From: Candidatus Omnitrophota bacterium
GTDB lineage: Bacteria > Omnitrophota > Gorgyraeia > VGKH01
Assembly (NCBI GenBank): GCA_043819095.1
Contig: JBDRFF010000015.1
Coordinates: 1 to 61,691, forward strand
Length of the DNA stretch: 61,691 bases
Reading direction: 5' to 3'
Position numbers and translations under genes: made by a program. Position 1 is the first letter of the stretch, and each line of letters opens with the position of its first letter. The notes under the pieces were generated by a model. The model saw nothing but the letters and a program-made list of their open reading frames with translations. It did no database searches and was not told the origin of the DNA. Shown here piece after piece: positions 30,209-38,857 of the stretch.

Positions 30209-30308
30209 TTTTATTTTTTTTCTTTCCAATTTTTTATTTATATCCTCTCAAATACTTAAAAACTTTTTTTTGACCCTATATTTTTTATAACACTCTATGT
30301 TTTCTTTG

Positions 30309-30947
30309 TCAAGATTTTTTTGAAATGTTTATCAAAAATTGTGCAAGATTTATCAATTCGATTGATAAATCTACATCGCGCAACTTGATTTTTTCTTTCG
30401 GTGCGGATAATTTGACGGGGGCGAAATTGAGGATTGCTTTTATTCCTGCCTTTATTAATCTGTCTGCGGTAACTTGTGCCTCATCCGCAGGCACTGTGAT
30501 AATTCCGATTTCAATATTTTTTTCTCTTATAACCTTTTTCATACTCTCGACGGAAAAAATCTTGATATTGCCGATCTTTCTTCCAATCTTCTCTGAGTCT
30601 TTCTCAAAAACCGCCGCAACATTAAGCCCTTCTTCCTTAAAACCTTTGTAAGAGATAAGGGCTGTGCCTAAATTTCCCAGGCCGCAGAGACAGACATTCC
30701 ATTTTTTGTTCAAGCCCAGGATATCTGTAATGCTTCCGATTAAATCTTTGGCTCTATATCCGATACCGCGTTTGCCAAACTGGCCAAAGTAAGATAAATC
30801 TTTTCTTACTTGATGCGGATTTATATTTAATTCTTCTGCTAATTGTTTTGAAGAGAGAGATTTTTCTTCGTTATCTTTGGATAATTCTTTAAGCGACCTT
30901 AAATATAAATTTAATCTGCGAATTGTGGCATCCGGGATTCTTTTCAT
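30309..30947 (-). CDS. rex: redox-sensing transcriptional repressor Rex
   Basis: IPDATIRRLNLYLRSL winged helix plus Rossmann GLGNLGTAL. Confidence 0.9.
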   Translation of the reverse strand: MKRIPDATIRRLNLYLRSLKELSKDNEEKSLSSKQLAEELNINPHQVRKDLSYFGQFGKRGIGYRAKDLIGSITDILGLNKKWNVCLCGLGNLGTALISYKGFKEEGLNVAAVFEKDSEKIGRKIGNIKIFSVESMKKVIREKNIEIGIITVPADEAQVTADRLIKAGIKAILNFAPVKLSAPKEKIKLRDVDLSIELINLAQFLINISKKS

Positions 30948-30954
30948 AATGAAT

Positions 30955-31695
30955 TTATTTTGCTTTATCGATCTTTAAATCTCCCCAGGCGCTCATTAAG
31001 TCTCCCACAACTATCAAAACTGCCCTGACATCTTTTATGGATTTTGCAAATCCAATTGCCTTTTCGATATCTTCGACCTTTTTAACGAGGTTTCCTGACG
31101 CTGTAGCAACGGCATCAGCCAGGATAGGAGAACCTGCCAATACAATGGTTGCATCGGTTATGCCAAAACTTAAAGAATGCCCCACAGTTCCTGAAGAAGT
31201 GCAGATGCCTACAGGCGTTTTGTCTTGGTCTATCTCAAGGATTAATCTCTTAGATAATTTTGATTCACCTGCATAAATACCGATAAGCCTTTTCTTTTTC
31301 GACTTTAGGAAAATATCTCCGCCGTTTTCGATTATTAATTCTTCAGTCTTGTCTTTTAAATCTTTGGCTAAATATTCTACGATCGCTCCGGCAACGCCTG
31401 CCATTGGCCCGACATCTGCTTTTTTTGCGGCACATGCCATATCTTTTACAATTCCAGGAGCGTCATTAGATACATCTATAGGCTTTAAAGATGTCAAAAA
31501 AACTTTTTGAGTCAAGATATAATCTTCGATCTGCTTTCGATAGACTAAGATTGTGTTTTTTAAAAAAATCTCGTCAACAGCGGTATCGCTAGAAACAGAG
31601 ATATCTGTTTCTCCGACGACAATACGCTTGGTAATCAGGTCTTTCTGTTTGACCCAATCGCGATAAAATCTTGGCTGATATTTTTTTGTCTTCAT
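30955..31695 (-). CDS. UPF0280/ApbE-like family protein
   Basis: 246 aa. GPMAGVAGAIVE motif and overall size match the family as I recall it. Confidence 0.5.
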   Translation of the reverse strand: MKTKKYQPRFYRDWVKQKDLITKRIVVGETDISVSSDTAVDEIFLKNTILVYRKQIEDYILTQKVFLTSLKPIDVSNDAPGIVKDMACAAKKADVGPMAGVAGAIVEYLAKDLKDKTEELIIENGGDIFLKSKKKRLIGIYAGESKLSKRLILEIDQDKTPVGICTSSGTVGHSLSFGITDATIVLAGSPILADAVATASGNLVKKVEDIEKAIGFAKSIKDVRAVLIVVGDLMSAWGDLKIDKAK

Positions 31696-31699
31696 CTCT

Positions 31700-32710
31700 T
31701 TAGCATATACGGGGCAATATCTCGCCGGTTAACATATCAACAATACGCCTTCCTCCGACAGAGGTATTCAAACAAACCCTTCCTTTTTGCTTCTTAGTAA
31801 TCTCTCCGATAATCTGCGCCTGCCTTCCCAACGGATGTTGTTTTAATTTTCTTAATATATTGCTGGCCTTTTTATTATCGACTATCAATACAACTTTTCC
31901 CTCGTTTGCGATATATAAAGGATCTAATCCTAATATTTCACAACTTGCCTTAACGGATTTTGATACAGGAATCTTATTTTCGTCCAAGATTATTCCCAGT
32001 CCGGTTTTATCCGTGATTTCGTTTAATGTAGTGGCTAAACCGCCCCGCGTCGGATCGCGCATAAATTTTATTCCCGAGGCATTCTTTAGTAGCGGAATAA
32101 TAAGTTTAGATAATCCGCCACAGTCGCTTTTTATATTAAAATTAAAATCCAGCTCTTTCCTCGCAGCCAAAACAGCAATCCCGTGCTGGCCGATAGGACC
32201 ATTTATGATGATTTTATCTCCCGCCTTAATATTATTCATTGAAATATTTACGCCTTTGATAACTTCACCGATTCCCGCAGTATTAATAAAAATCCCGTCG
32301 CAGGATTCTTTTTCTACAACTTTAAAATCTCCCGTAATAATATTTACATTTGATTCATTGGCAGCCTCTGCCAATGATTTCGTAACTTTTTCTAAAACAG
32401 AAATTGATAATCCTTCCTGGACAATCATCCCGCAGCTTAAAAAAAGCGGCCTTGCAGCCATTACTGCCAAATCATTTATCGTGCCGAAAACCGCTAATTT
32501 CCCGATGTCTCCGCCGGGGAAAAACAAAGGTTTTACTACAAAAGAATCCGTGGTGAATGCAAGATTTCTGTTTTTCAATTTTATTATCGATGCATCATTT
32601 AAATCTTTTAAATAAGGATTATTCAGATGTTTTAAAAATAGATTATTTATCAAATCGTGCATTAGCTTTCCGCCGCTACCGTGAGCGAGCAAAATCTTGT
32701 CTTCTTTCAT
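31700..32710 (-). CDS. hypE: hydrogenase maturation protein HypE
   Basis: 336 aa. AIR-synthase-like fold and the diagnostic C-terminal PRIC. Confidence 0.9.
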   Translation of the reverse strand: MKEDKILLAHGSGGKLMHDLINNLFLKHLNNPYLKDLNDASIIKLKNRNLAFTTDSFVVKPLFFPGGDIGKLAVFGTINDLAVMAARPLFLSCGMIVQEGLSISVLEKVTKSLAEAANESNVNIITGDFKVVEKESCDGIFINTAGIGEVIKGVNISMNNIKAGDKIIINGPIGQHGIAVLAARKELDFNFNIKSDCGGLSKLIIPLLKNASGIKFMRDPTRGGLATTLNEITDKTGLGIILDENKIPVSKSVKASCEILGLDPLYIANEGKVVLIVDNKKASNILRKLKQHPLGRQAQIIGEITKKQKGRVCLNTSVGGRRIVDMLTGEILPRIC

Positions 32711-32724
32711 GATTTCCTTTTTTG

Positions 32725-33396
32725 TTAAATTCTCCTGAGAAGGTTTTTAGGCCAGCCAATATCTACAACTTTAAGTTCTCCCACAAACTCCGGTCCCTGA
32801 TTTTTTAAAAAACCTTTTTTCACAAGGCCGAAAGTAATAGTCTCATCCGCCTCTATGCAAGTCCCTAAGGGCTCACCTGTGGTAGCATCCAAACCCGAAG
32901 GGACATCGACGGAGATTACGGTCTTTCTTGATTTATTCAAAAAATTTATGATTGTTTCGAAAGGCTCACGGACCTTGCCTTGCAATCCTACGCCTAAAAG
33001 GGCATCGACGACTAAGCATGGACCTTTAAGCTTGTCTTTGTGTCTTCTAAAAGCCCCCGCGTCGGGAATCTGGATAATCTTCTGTTCCATTTTTAAGAGA
33101 AGATCCAGATTTGTATGCGCATCGCTTGTGATTTCTTTCACTTGACCTACCAAAAAATTTTTGACCTGGAATCCTTTATTGATTAGATACCTTGCCGCGA
33201 CGAAGCCATCACCGCCGTTATTTCCTTTGCCGCAAAAAATTGCAATCTTTTTGTTTTTTGAATTCTTCAAAATCCGCATTACCTCTTCGGCAACTGCTTT
33301 CCCGGCATTTTCCATAAGAAACAAGGATTCGATCCCATAATCCCGAATGGCGATTCTGTCTAATCCCTGGATCTGTTTTGCAGTAACTGTCTTCAT
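32725..33396 (-). CDS. nnrE: NAD(P)H-hydrate epimerase (YjeF N-terminal domain)
   Basis: GKGNNGGDGFVAARYL motif, 223 aa. Confidence 0.8.
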   Translation of the reverse strand: MKTVTAKQIQGLDRIAIRDYGIESLFLMENAGKAVAEEVMRILKNSKNKKIAIFCGKGNNGGDGFVAARYLINKGFQVKNFLVGQVKEITSDAHTNLDLLLKMEQKIIQIPDAGAFRRHKDKLKGPCLVVDALLGVGLQGKVREPFETIINFLNKSRKTVISVDVPSGLDATTGEPLGTCIEADETITFGLVKKGFLKNQGPEFVGELKVVDIGWPKNLLRRI

Positions 33397-33402
33397 CGTA
33401 AA

Positions 33403-34425
33403 TTAATTGCTTCTTCTCTGACTTTTCTTAAAAAGGTCTAAGAATCTGTCTTCGTATTGTTTATAGACCCCCCATTTATCCAGCTCTTTTTTTAATTCGC
33501 TGGCCCTCTTAATGTCTTTTTTGGCCAAACCGAAAAACTCATCGATGCTCTTCTTGGCTGAATCGGGAAGCCTGTCCTGCGAGGAAAGTATCTTTCTGAT
33601 CTTTTCTATTTCCTCTTCGGTTATCGGCTTGGTCAATTCCTCTTCGGGGGTCTTTAGATACTCGATCAATCTCTCGATCTCCTCCTGCATTGTCTTGGCA
33701 GAAGCCTGCAATTGGGTAAAATCTAATTTAAAATCTATAAGCTTAGTTAGTACCTCGAGGATAGCCAGCGAGGCATTCGGGTTTTCAATCTGGATCGCAT
33801 AAAGCGGTATCTCTGCCAGCATACAGATTCCTGAGAAACCCTGCTCTCTGGCTACGGCGAGAAACAACCCATTCAATCCGCTAATCTGTCCGCTGGTCAT
33901 AATTTTAAGCGGGATTTTTTTAAGCTGCTCGATTAATTTTTTTTCCGTAGCAGCAGCCCAGACCTGCGGCTTTTTAAGATGGTCTATCGGTAATGGCATA
34001 GCGGCAAAAGTATAAATCAAATCCACCTTTAACTTTTCTGCCGCCTCAAGGACACCTTTACTATATTCATAACCTTTTTCCGGGCGAGGCTGAGCCTGGC
34101 TTATAAAGATAACCAGGTCGTTTTTCCCGGTCTTGTTCTCCCGGAAATAAAACTTTCCTTTAGGCATTGCAGGCATCTTAAGCAATCCATTATCTATCTG
34201 GGCTTCGGTAGGAGAGAAAAAATCTCCCATATCAATCTCGGCAAATTCGACTGCTTTTAATTGGTCTTTTAGGTAGGTTGCGGCCTTTAAGGCCACATTG
34301 CCCATGCCCGGCCATGCCGCAATCATAATTGGATTTTTTAGCTTGGGTTTTTTGTGAATTTTTATCAATTTAGCACCTTGATTTGTTGTAAGCAAAATAC
34401 TAATACAAATATTGCCTAAAGTCAA
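33403..34425 (-). CDS. PAC2 (proteasome assembly chaperone-like) family protein
   Basis: LKNPIMIAAWPGMGNVA N-terminal motif. A TTG at 34368 preceded by AAGGTG may be the true start. Confidence 0.55.
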   Translation of the reverse strand: MTLGNICISILLTTNQGAKLIKIHKKPKLKNPIMIAAWPGMGNVALKAATYLKDQLKAVEFAEIDMGDFFSPTEAQIDNGLLKMPAMPKGKFYFRENKTGKNDLVIFISQAQPRPEKGYEYSKGVLEAAEKLKVDLIYTFAAMPLPIDHLKKPQVWAAATEKKLIEQLKKIPLKIMTSGQISGLNGLFLAVAREQGFSGICMLAEIPLYAIQIENPNASLAILEVLTKLIDFKLDFTQLQASAKTMQEEIERLIEYLKTPEEELTKPITEEEIEKIRKILSSQDRLPDSAKKSIDEFFGLAKKDIKRASELKKELDKWGVYKQYEDRFLDLFKKSQRRSN

Positions 34426-34523
34426 GTATTAAGCTTAATTTTACCACTGTTAAAGTCAATAAGCAACCTTATAACTGTCTATACTAATTAAAGTTAGCGC
34501 TTTCTCGAAAACCTCTTATTACC

Positions 34524-34551
34524 TTGAAAAACAGTAATTTTGTGTTATACT
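34524..34551 (+). promoter_or_regulatory. sigma70-like promoter of the riboswitch/pseudopilin operon
   Basis: TTGAAA (34524..34529), 16-nt spacer, TGT-TATACT extended -10 (34546..34551). Confidence 0.5.
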
Positions 34552-34570
34552 TTTAGTAGGATAATAACTT

Positions 34571-34691
34571 ACGTTGAAAAAGGGTAAACCATCTGTAAAG
34601 ATGGGGCACAAAGCTAAGGACCCCGACGTCCCGACGATAAGTCGGGATTCCGACTGAAACGTCGGAATCGGGGCAGCCTAGCTGCCAGCGT
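34571..34691 (+). promoter_or_regulatory. c-di-GMP-I (GEMM-I)-like riboswitch aptamer
   Basis: AGGGUAAACC-[AUCU-GUAA-AGAU]-GGGGCACAAAGCUAAGG parallels Vc2 AGGGCAAACC-[AUUC-GAAA-GAGU]-GGGACGCAAAGCCUCCGG. P1 acguug/cagcgu closes the aptamer. The second arm gcuaagg...ccuagc encloses a branched insert. Confidence 0.65.
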
Positions 34692-34703
34692 TTATTTTTT
34701 TGT

Positions 34704-34743
34704 GACCCATCTTTTGAAGATAAAAGGATGGGTCAATTTTTTT
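34704..34743 (+). terminator. intrinsic terminator (riboswitch expression platform)
   Basis: gacccatctttt-gaagat-aaaaggatgggtc followed by aattttttt, about 60 nt before the first ATG. Confidence 0.7.
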
Positions 34744-34801
34744 AAAAAGCTACTTTAGAAAATTCTTCTTTTATGATAAACTAAAAACAACAGGAGCTGA
34801 A

Positions 34802-35923
34802 ATGAGAAACAAAGGTTTTACGACAATGGAAATGATGGTTGTGGCGGCGATAGGCGCAGGGCTACTTGCTATTGTCTTTAGCATATTTATGCTCCTCAAT
34901 ACCTCTCTTACAAAGGGCTTTAGCTCCATAGATTTAGTAGAGAAATCCCGCATCGCAATGGAACAAATCCAGCGATATTTGGAAAAATCCAGCCCTGAGA
35001 AGATTACCATTCAAAACTGTCTGGGAAACGAATGCAGTGGCCAGAAGCTTACATTCCAGGTTCCTGTGGTTACTAATGACGCGATTAGCGGAACAGTATT
35101 CAACTATTATGGTAACCCTAAATGGGGTGCTTTCTGGACAAAAGCCAACGGTAACTTTGCAACTAGAGAAAACGCCTATTTTACTTTTTACGCAGGTGCT
35201 GAAGGCACTGCAGACGAAGGAAAATTAATTATAAAGGTATGGCATACGGAAACAACCGGAGGAACCCCCGGTTGTTTTCTTGCCGGAACACCCATACTTA
35301 TGGCTGATGGCTCTAGGAAGCCTATTGAGGAAATAAAGGTAGGCGATGAAGTTTTAGCCTATAATGAAGAAACTGCTACGACTCAGAAGGATAAGGTAAC
35401 AAAGTTATTTGTACACGAGGATATTGAAGGATATCTTATAGTCAACGGAAATCTAAAAGTTACCCCTGAACACCGTTTTTACAGCCAAGAAAAATGGATT
35501 GAAATCGGCTCTCTAAAAGTCGGTGATAAGCTGCTTGATTACAAAGGCCAGACTCAGGAAATCACCAGCATAGAAAAAGTTAAAGAAAAAACCACGGTTT
35601 ATAATTTCGAGGTAGAACCATCTCATACTTATTTTGCAGGGGGATTCTTAGTACATAATGTAAAACTCTATGAGAGTGAATTAGCTGATCCTCCGGGTTC
35701 TACCAAATTATTTAGAGAGCTATTTTCTCCCGCAATAGCCTATGCTGACACAACTACAGTAATTGACGATAAAAAAACAATAGTCGATCATATAGATAAT
35801 ATAGAATTTGATGGGGGAACTAATAACCAGACGATAGTCATAGAAGCTACATTTGTTGTAGATGACCCTCAGCAAGGCGAAAATGAGAAGATCTACAAAA
35901 CTACAATTAGTCCTAGGAATTAA
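34802..35923 (+). CDS. prepilin-type protein with an embedded Hint (mini-intein/BIL-like) domain
   Basis: Class III signal MRNKG|FTTMEMMVVAAIGAGLLAIV (Glu+5). Residues 158-286 run CFLAGTPILMADG...VTPEHRF...VYNFEVEPSHTYFAGGFLVHN|V. Confidence 0.8.
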   Translation: MRNKGFTTMEMMVVAAIGAGLLAIVFSIFMLLNTSLTKGFSSIDLVEKSRIAMEQIQRYLEKSSPEKITIQNCLGNECSGQKLTFQVPVVTNDAISGTVFNYYGNPKWGAFWTKANGNFATRENAYFTFYAGAEGTADEGKLIIKVWHTETTGGTPGCFLAGTPILMADGSRKPIEEIKVGDEVLAYNEETATTQKDKVTKLFVHEDIEGYLIVNGNLKVTPEHRFYSQEKWIEIGSLKVGDKLLDYKGQTQEITSIEKVKEKTTVYNFEVEPSHTYFAGGFLVHNVKLYESELADPPGSTKLFRELFSPAIAYADTTTVIDDKKTIVDHIDNIEFDGGTNNQTIVIEATFVVDDPQQGENEKIYKTTISPRN

Positions 35924-35945
35924 AAGATGATTACAAAACGGAGCT

Positions 35946-38090
35946 ATGATGTTTAGACGAATACATAATAAAAAAGGTTTTATTTTCCCCTTTGCCTATT
36001 GTGTCATGGTTGCTATGGCTGTCTATGTTGCTGCCTTTGCAAACAGGGCGCTTAATGACCATAATATTGCAGAGAGGAATCTTCTGTCCCTGCAAATCAG
36101 ATACCAGACCATCCGCGGTGCGGAGTTTGGTATCCACGCAATAAAAACAAACGGATTCAACTGGCATACACATACAGCTGTGGAAAACGGCCCTGTTTAT
36201 GACCTTGTGTCTTTACAAGCGCAGGGACTAGAACCACCCGAAGTAAGCCTGCCACTTGTTACTTTTATTAACACAGATGGCGATTTGGAAGCTCGGGACG
36301 GAAGATTTAAAACAAGGGTATATGCTAGCCCTGTTTTCGGCACCATTTTGCTTGCCCAAGGTCTCGATTCCAGCGGGCAAAATCAATTGCGCGCTGTCAA
36401 ACTTCACTACCAATCGCTATACGATTATTTCCTATTTACCCCGCTTGAATTAGAACTATCTCATATTACCATGGATGCCCAAGAAGGAACAATGCATAGC
36501 AATAGGGATATTATCTTTGGCGATACAGCCAGTATATTGAATGTAGCCGCACTTAGCACGCCTGAGGCAATCCGGTATTATGTAGAAACTTATCTTCCCG
36601 GTGTCGATCCTCTTGATCCGATTGCCCCTGCGGGATATGTATGGGAAGAGATGTACTTCTGGCTTCGCTCTCCCTGGGTTGAGCCAAACCTAGACGGCGA
36701 ATATAGAAACCGTAACGATGGCCATCTAAGCGGCGAGCAAACCGGACTTTTAATGGAAAGCCCTAAAGACCCCGGAAAGTATATTGAATATAATCCGGCT
36801 GCGGGAAATCCAGCCTTGGACCCGGATGAATATCCTGAACTTTACGCAGATTCTTCGCTTATAAGTAATATAAACGGCAATGAATTCCCCAACCGTCTAG
36901 ACAGCGAATATCTCTGGGATAAATACTGGAGAATAACCGCAAATTATGGCACAGATCCAGTAGAAGTAGCAAAAAAATTTACGAACTCAGAATTACAGCC
37001 CGTGGCCTGGAGCAGTTTAATGAAAACTCTTGAATTAGACGATATAATAGCAGAGGCTAATTCAGGAGGCGAAGAAATTGGTGCCTTGACCATATCCGAG
37101 TCTGATTACAAAACTTCTGCCCAAGATAATGGGATATATATTGAGTACGGGGAGCTAACAAAGAAATTTCGTGTAAATAGGGCTGGAGAAGAATATATTA
37201 TTGACCCGGGCGGACAGCTCGTTATAAACGATGAAGTCATCTTCGAACACAAAACCTTTTTCAACACAAACAGCACCAATGAAAATGTAGTCTTAGTTGC
37301 TTATGTAGATAAAATGATTGAAGAAGATTTTTACCCGACAAACGGAATTATATTCTCAGACGGAAAAATCCTCCTTGATAATGCTAAAACGCTACCCGAT
37401 GGCGGCCTGACAACCTTAAGCAAAAGCGCTATCTACATAAAAGGCAATTACAACACTGAAGACTGGCAGCCCTCTGCTGCTATAGCTGCCGGTAGGATAT
37501 ATCTTTTATCTGATATATTTAATTACCCTCAAACGCTGCCGGATACATTCCACCATATTGAGCGTCCTTACGAAGAAGATTTTGTTGAGGGGAAGTATAA
37601 CTGGTATGAGGAACACGAAGCGACTATGGCTAATCCTGTGGATGAAGACTATACCTATGTTGTCTCGCTCATTGGTTATTTTGGCTATATGCCGGAAGCT
37701 CTGGAGAGATGGTGGGATTATGAAAACGAGGGAAGTTTATTCGTGCCTCCTTCTGGCCTGGTTGAGCACAAAAGGCACGTTATCGGCTCTTTAATCAGAC
37801 TGCCTTACGGAACTATTGCGGGTGTAGGAGTATGGGATGACGTAAATAACAGAGGCTCTAGGGAAAGAACCAATCCTGGGCAGGCAGGACTCACCTGGCC
37901 GGATGACATGGGCAGCGTAGAGCCAAAAGATGCCAATAATTATTTCAGTTATGACAACCATTATATTTCGGGTTCAGGTTCGATAAGACCGCCGGGAGAT
38001 TTTACGAATTCAATAAAGTTAGATACTAAGCTCAGGCCAAAAGTCGGGACACTTAATACTTGGACTCAATGGCTTCCTGAGTTAAATTAG
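35946..38090 (+). CDS. giant pseudopilin-like protein (GspK/PilX-like N-terminus, no Glu+5), large uncharacterised domain
   Basis: N-terminus KKGFIFPFAYCVMVAMAVYVAAFANRAL. 714 aa. Paralog of 38858..41335. Confidence 0.6.
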   Translation: MMFRRIHNKKGFIFPFAYCVMVAMAVYVAAFANRALNDHNIAERNLLSLQIRYQTIRGAEFGIHAIKTNGFNWHTHTAVENGPVYDLVSLQAQGLEPPEVSLPLVTFINTDGDLEARDGRFKTRVYASPVFGTILLAQGLDSSGQNQLRAVKLHYQSLYDYFLFTPLELELSHITMDAQEGTMHSNRDIIFGDTASILNVAALSTPEAIRYYVETYLPGVDPLDPIAPAGYVWEEMYFWLRSPWVEPNLDGEYRNRNDGHLSGEQTGLLMESPKDPGKYIEYNPAAGNPALDPDEYPELYADSSLISNINGNEFPNRLDSEYLWDKYWRITANYGTDPVEVAKKFTNSELQPVAWSSLMKTLELDDIIAEANSGGEEIGALTISESDYKTSAQDNGIYIEYGELTKKFRVNRAGEEYIIDPGGQLVINDEVIFEHKTFFNTNSTNENVVLVAYVDKMIEEDFYPTNGIIFSDGKILLDNAKTLPDGGLTTLSKSAIYIKGNYNTEDWQPSAAIAAGRIYLLSDIFNYPQTLPDTFHHIERPYEEDFVEGKYNWYEEHEATMANPVDEDYTYVVSLIGYFGYMPEALERWWDYENEGSLFVPPSGLVEHKRHVIGSLIRLPYGTIAGVGVWDDVNNRGSRERTNPGQAGLTWPDDMGSVEPKDANNYFSYDNHYISGSGSIRPPGDFTNSIKLDTKLRPKVGTLNTWTQWLPELN

Positions 38091-38103
38091 TAGGAGTCAA
38101 AAT

Positions 38104-38856
38104 ATGAAAAATAAAGGATTTTCGCTTATTGAGATATTGGTGGTGGTGGTCGTCGGTATTGGACTAATGGGTGTAACATTTGGTGTTTTTCTCACAGGAA
38201 GAAACTCATGGTCTAAAAGCGAGGCATATATCGACCTGCAGGCCAAAACCCGCCTGGCAATGGACAAGATGGTAAAAGAACTGACTTCGTCTGCGCCCAG
38301 TAAAATTACATTAAGTAACTGTGCAGGCGATTTATGTAGTTCGATAGCGTTTATGGTACCTGTTGCTGTTGACGGCTCAATCTATAATGCCCAAGGCGAG
38401 ATAATATGGGGCGCTGAAGGTTGGGAAGACCTACCATACAGTTATTTTATAACATACGACAATCGACTTGTAAAAGCAGCCGGTGATGTCCAAGGTGCCT
38501 GCTGTCGCACAGGCGGTGTGTGCGAATACAGATACGAGTTTAAATGTGCTTCCTTGGGGGGCAGTTGGCGAGGACCGCTTATTCCCTGTAGCCCGAATCC
38601 GTGCGGCGGCGGGAAGGCGTTTCGTATAAAACCTTTTTTTGAATTTCTATTTGAATCTCCTCTTGCATATGCCCAAGAAAATTTTTGGGTATTTGCTAGC
38701 GATATCGAGGAAATAACCTTTAAAAATCCTCATGCCCCGGCCGCGCCAAAAACAATCAAAATAACCATCAGGGCCAAGAGAAAAACTATTTTAGGCGAAG
38801 AAATAGAAGTGATATTACATTCCACTGTCACTCCCAAAAACAGGGTGGTGAATTAA
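38104..38856 (+). CDS. prepilin-type protein with a six-Cys insert module
   Basis: MKNKG|FSLIEILVVVVVGIGLMGV (Glu+5). Paralog of 34802..35923. Insert: GACCRTGGVCEYRYEFKCASLGGSWRGPLIPCSPNPCGGG. Confidence 0.8.
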   Translation: MKNKGFSLIEILVVVVVGIGLMGVTFGVFLTGRNSWSKSEAYIDLQAKTRLAMDKMVKELTSSAPSKITLSNCAGDLCSSIAFMVPVAVDGSIYNAQGEIIWGAEGWEDLPYSYFITYDNRLVKAAGDVQGACCRTGGVCEYRYEFKCASLGGSWRGPLIPCSPNPCGGGKAFRIKPFFEFLFESPLAYAQENFWVFASDIEEITFKNPHAPAAPKTIKITIRAKRKTILGEEIEVILHSTVTPKNRVVN

Positions 38857-38857
38857 T

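Noticed and set aside
31860-32615. 251-aa plus-strand ORF
   Set aside because: It is antisense to hypE, whose identity is secured by its fold motifs and PRIC terminus. No SD and no recognisable motif.
34771-35010. 79-aa minus-strand ORF overlapping the start of the first prepilin
   Set aside because: It is antisense to a well-supported prepilin N-terminus (SD plus class III signal peptide). No SD and no motif.
35273-35659. Canonical self-splicing intein with homing endonuclease
   Set aside because: The +1 residue is Val, not Cys/Ser/Thr. The domain is only 129 aa, with no endonuclease insert. It was therefore called Hint/BIL-like rather than a classical intein.
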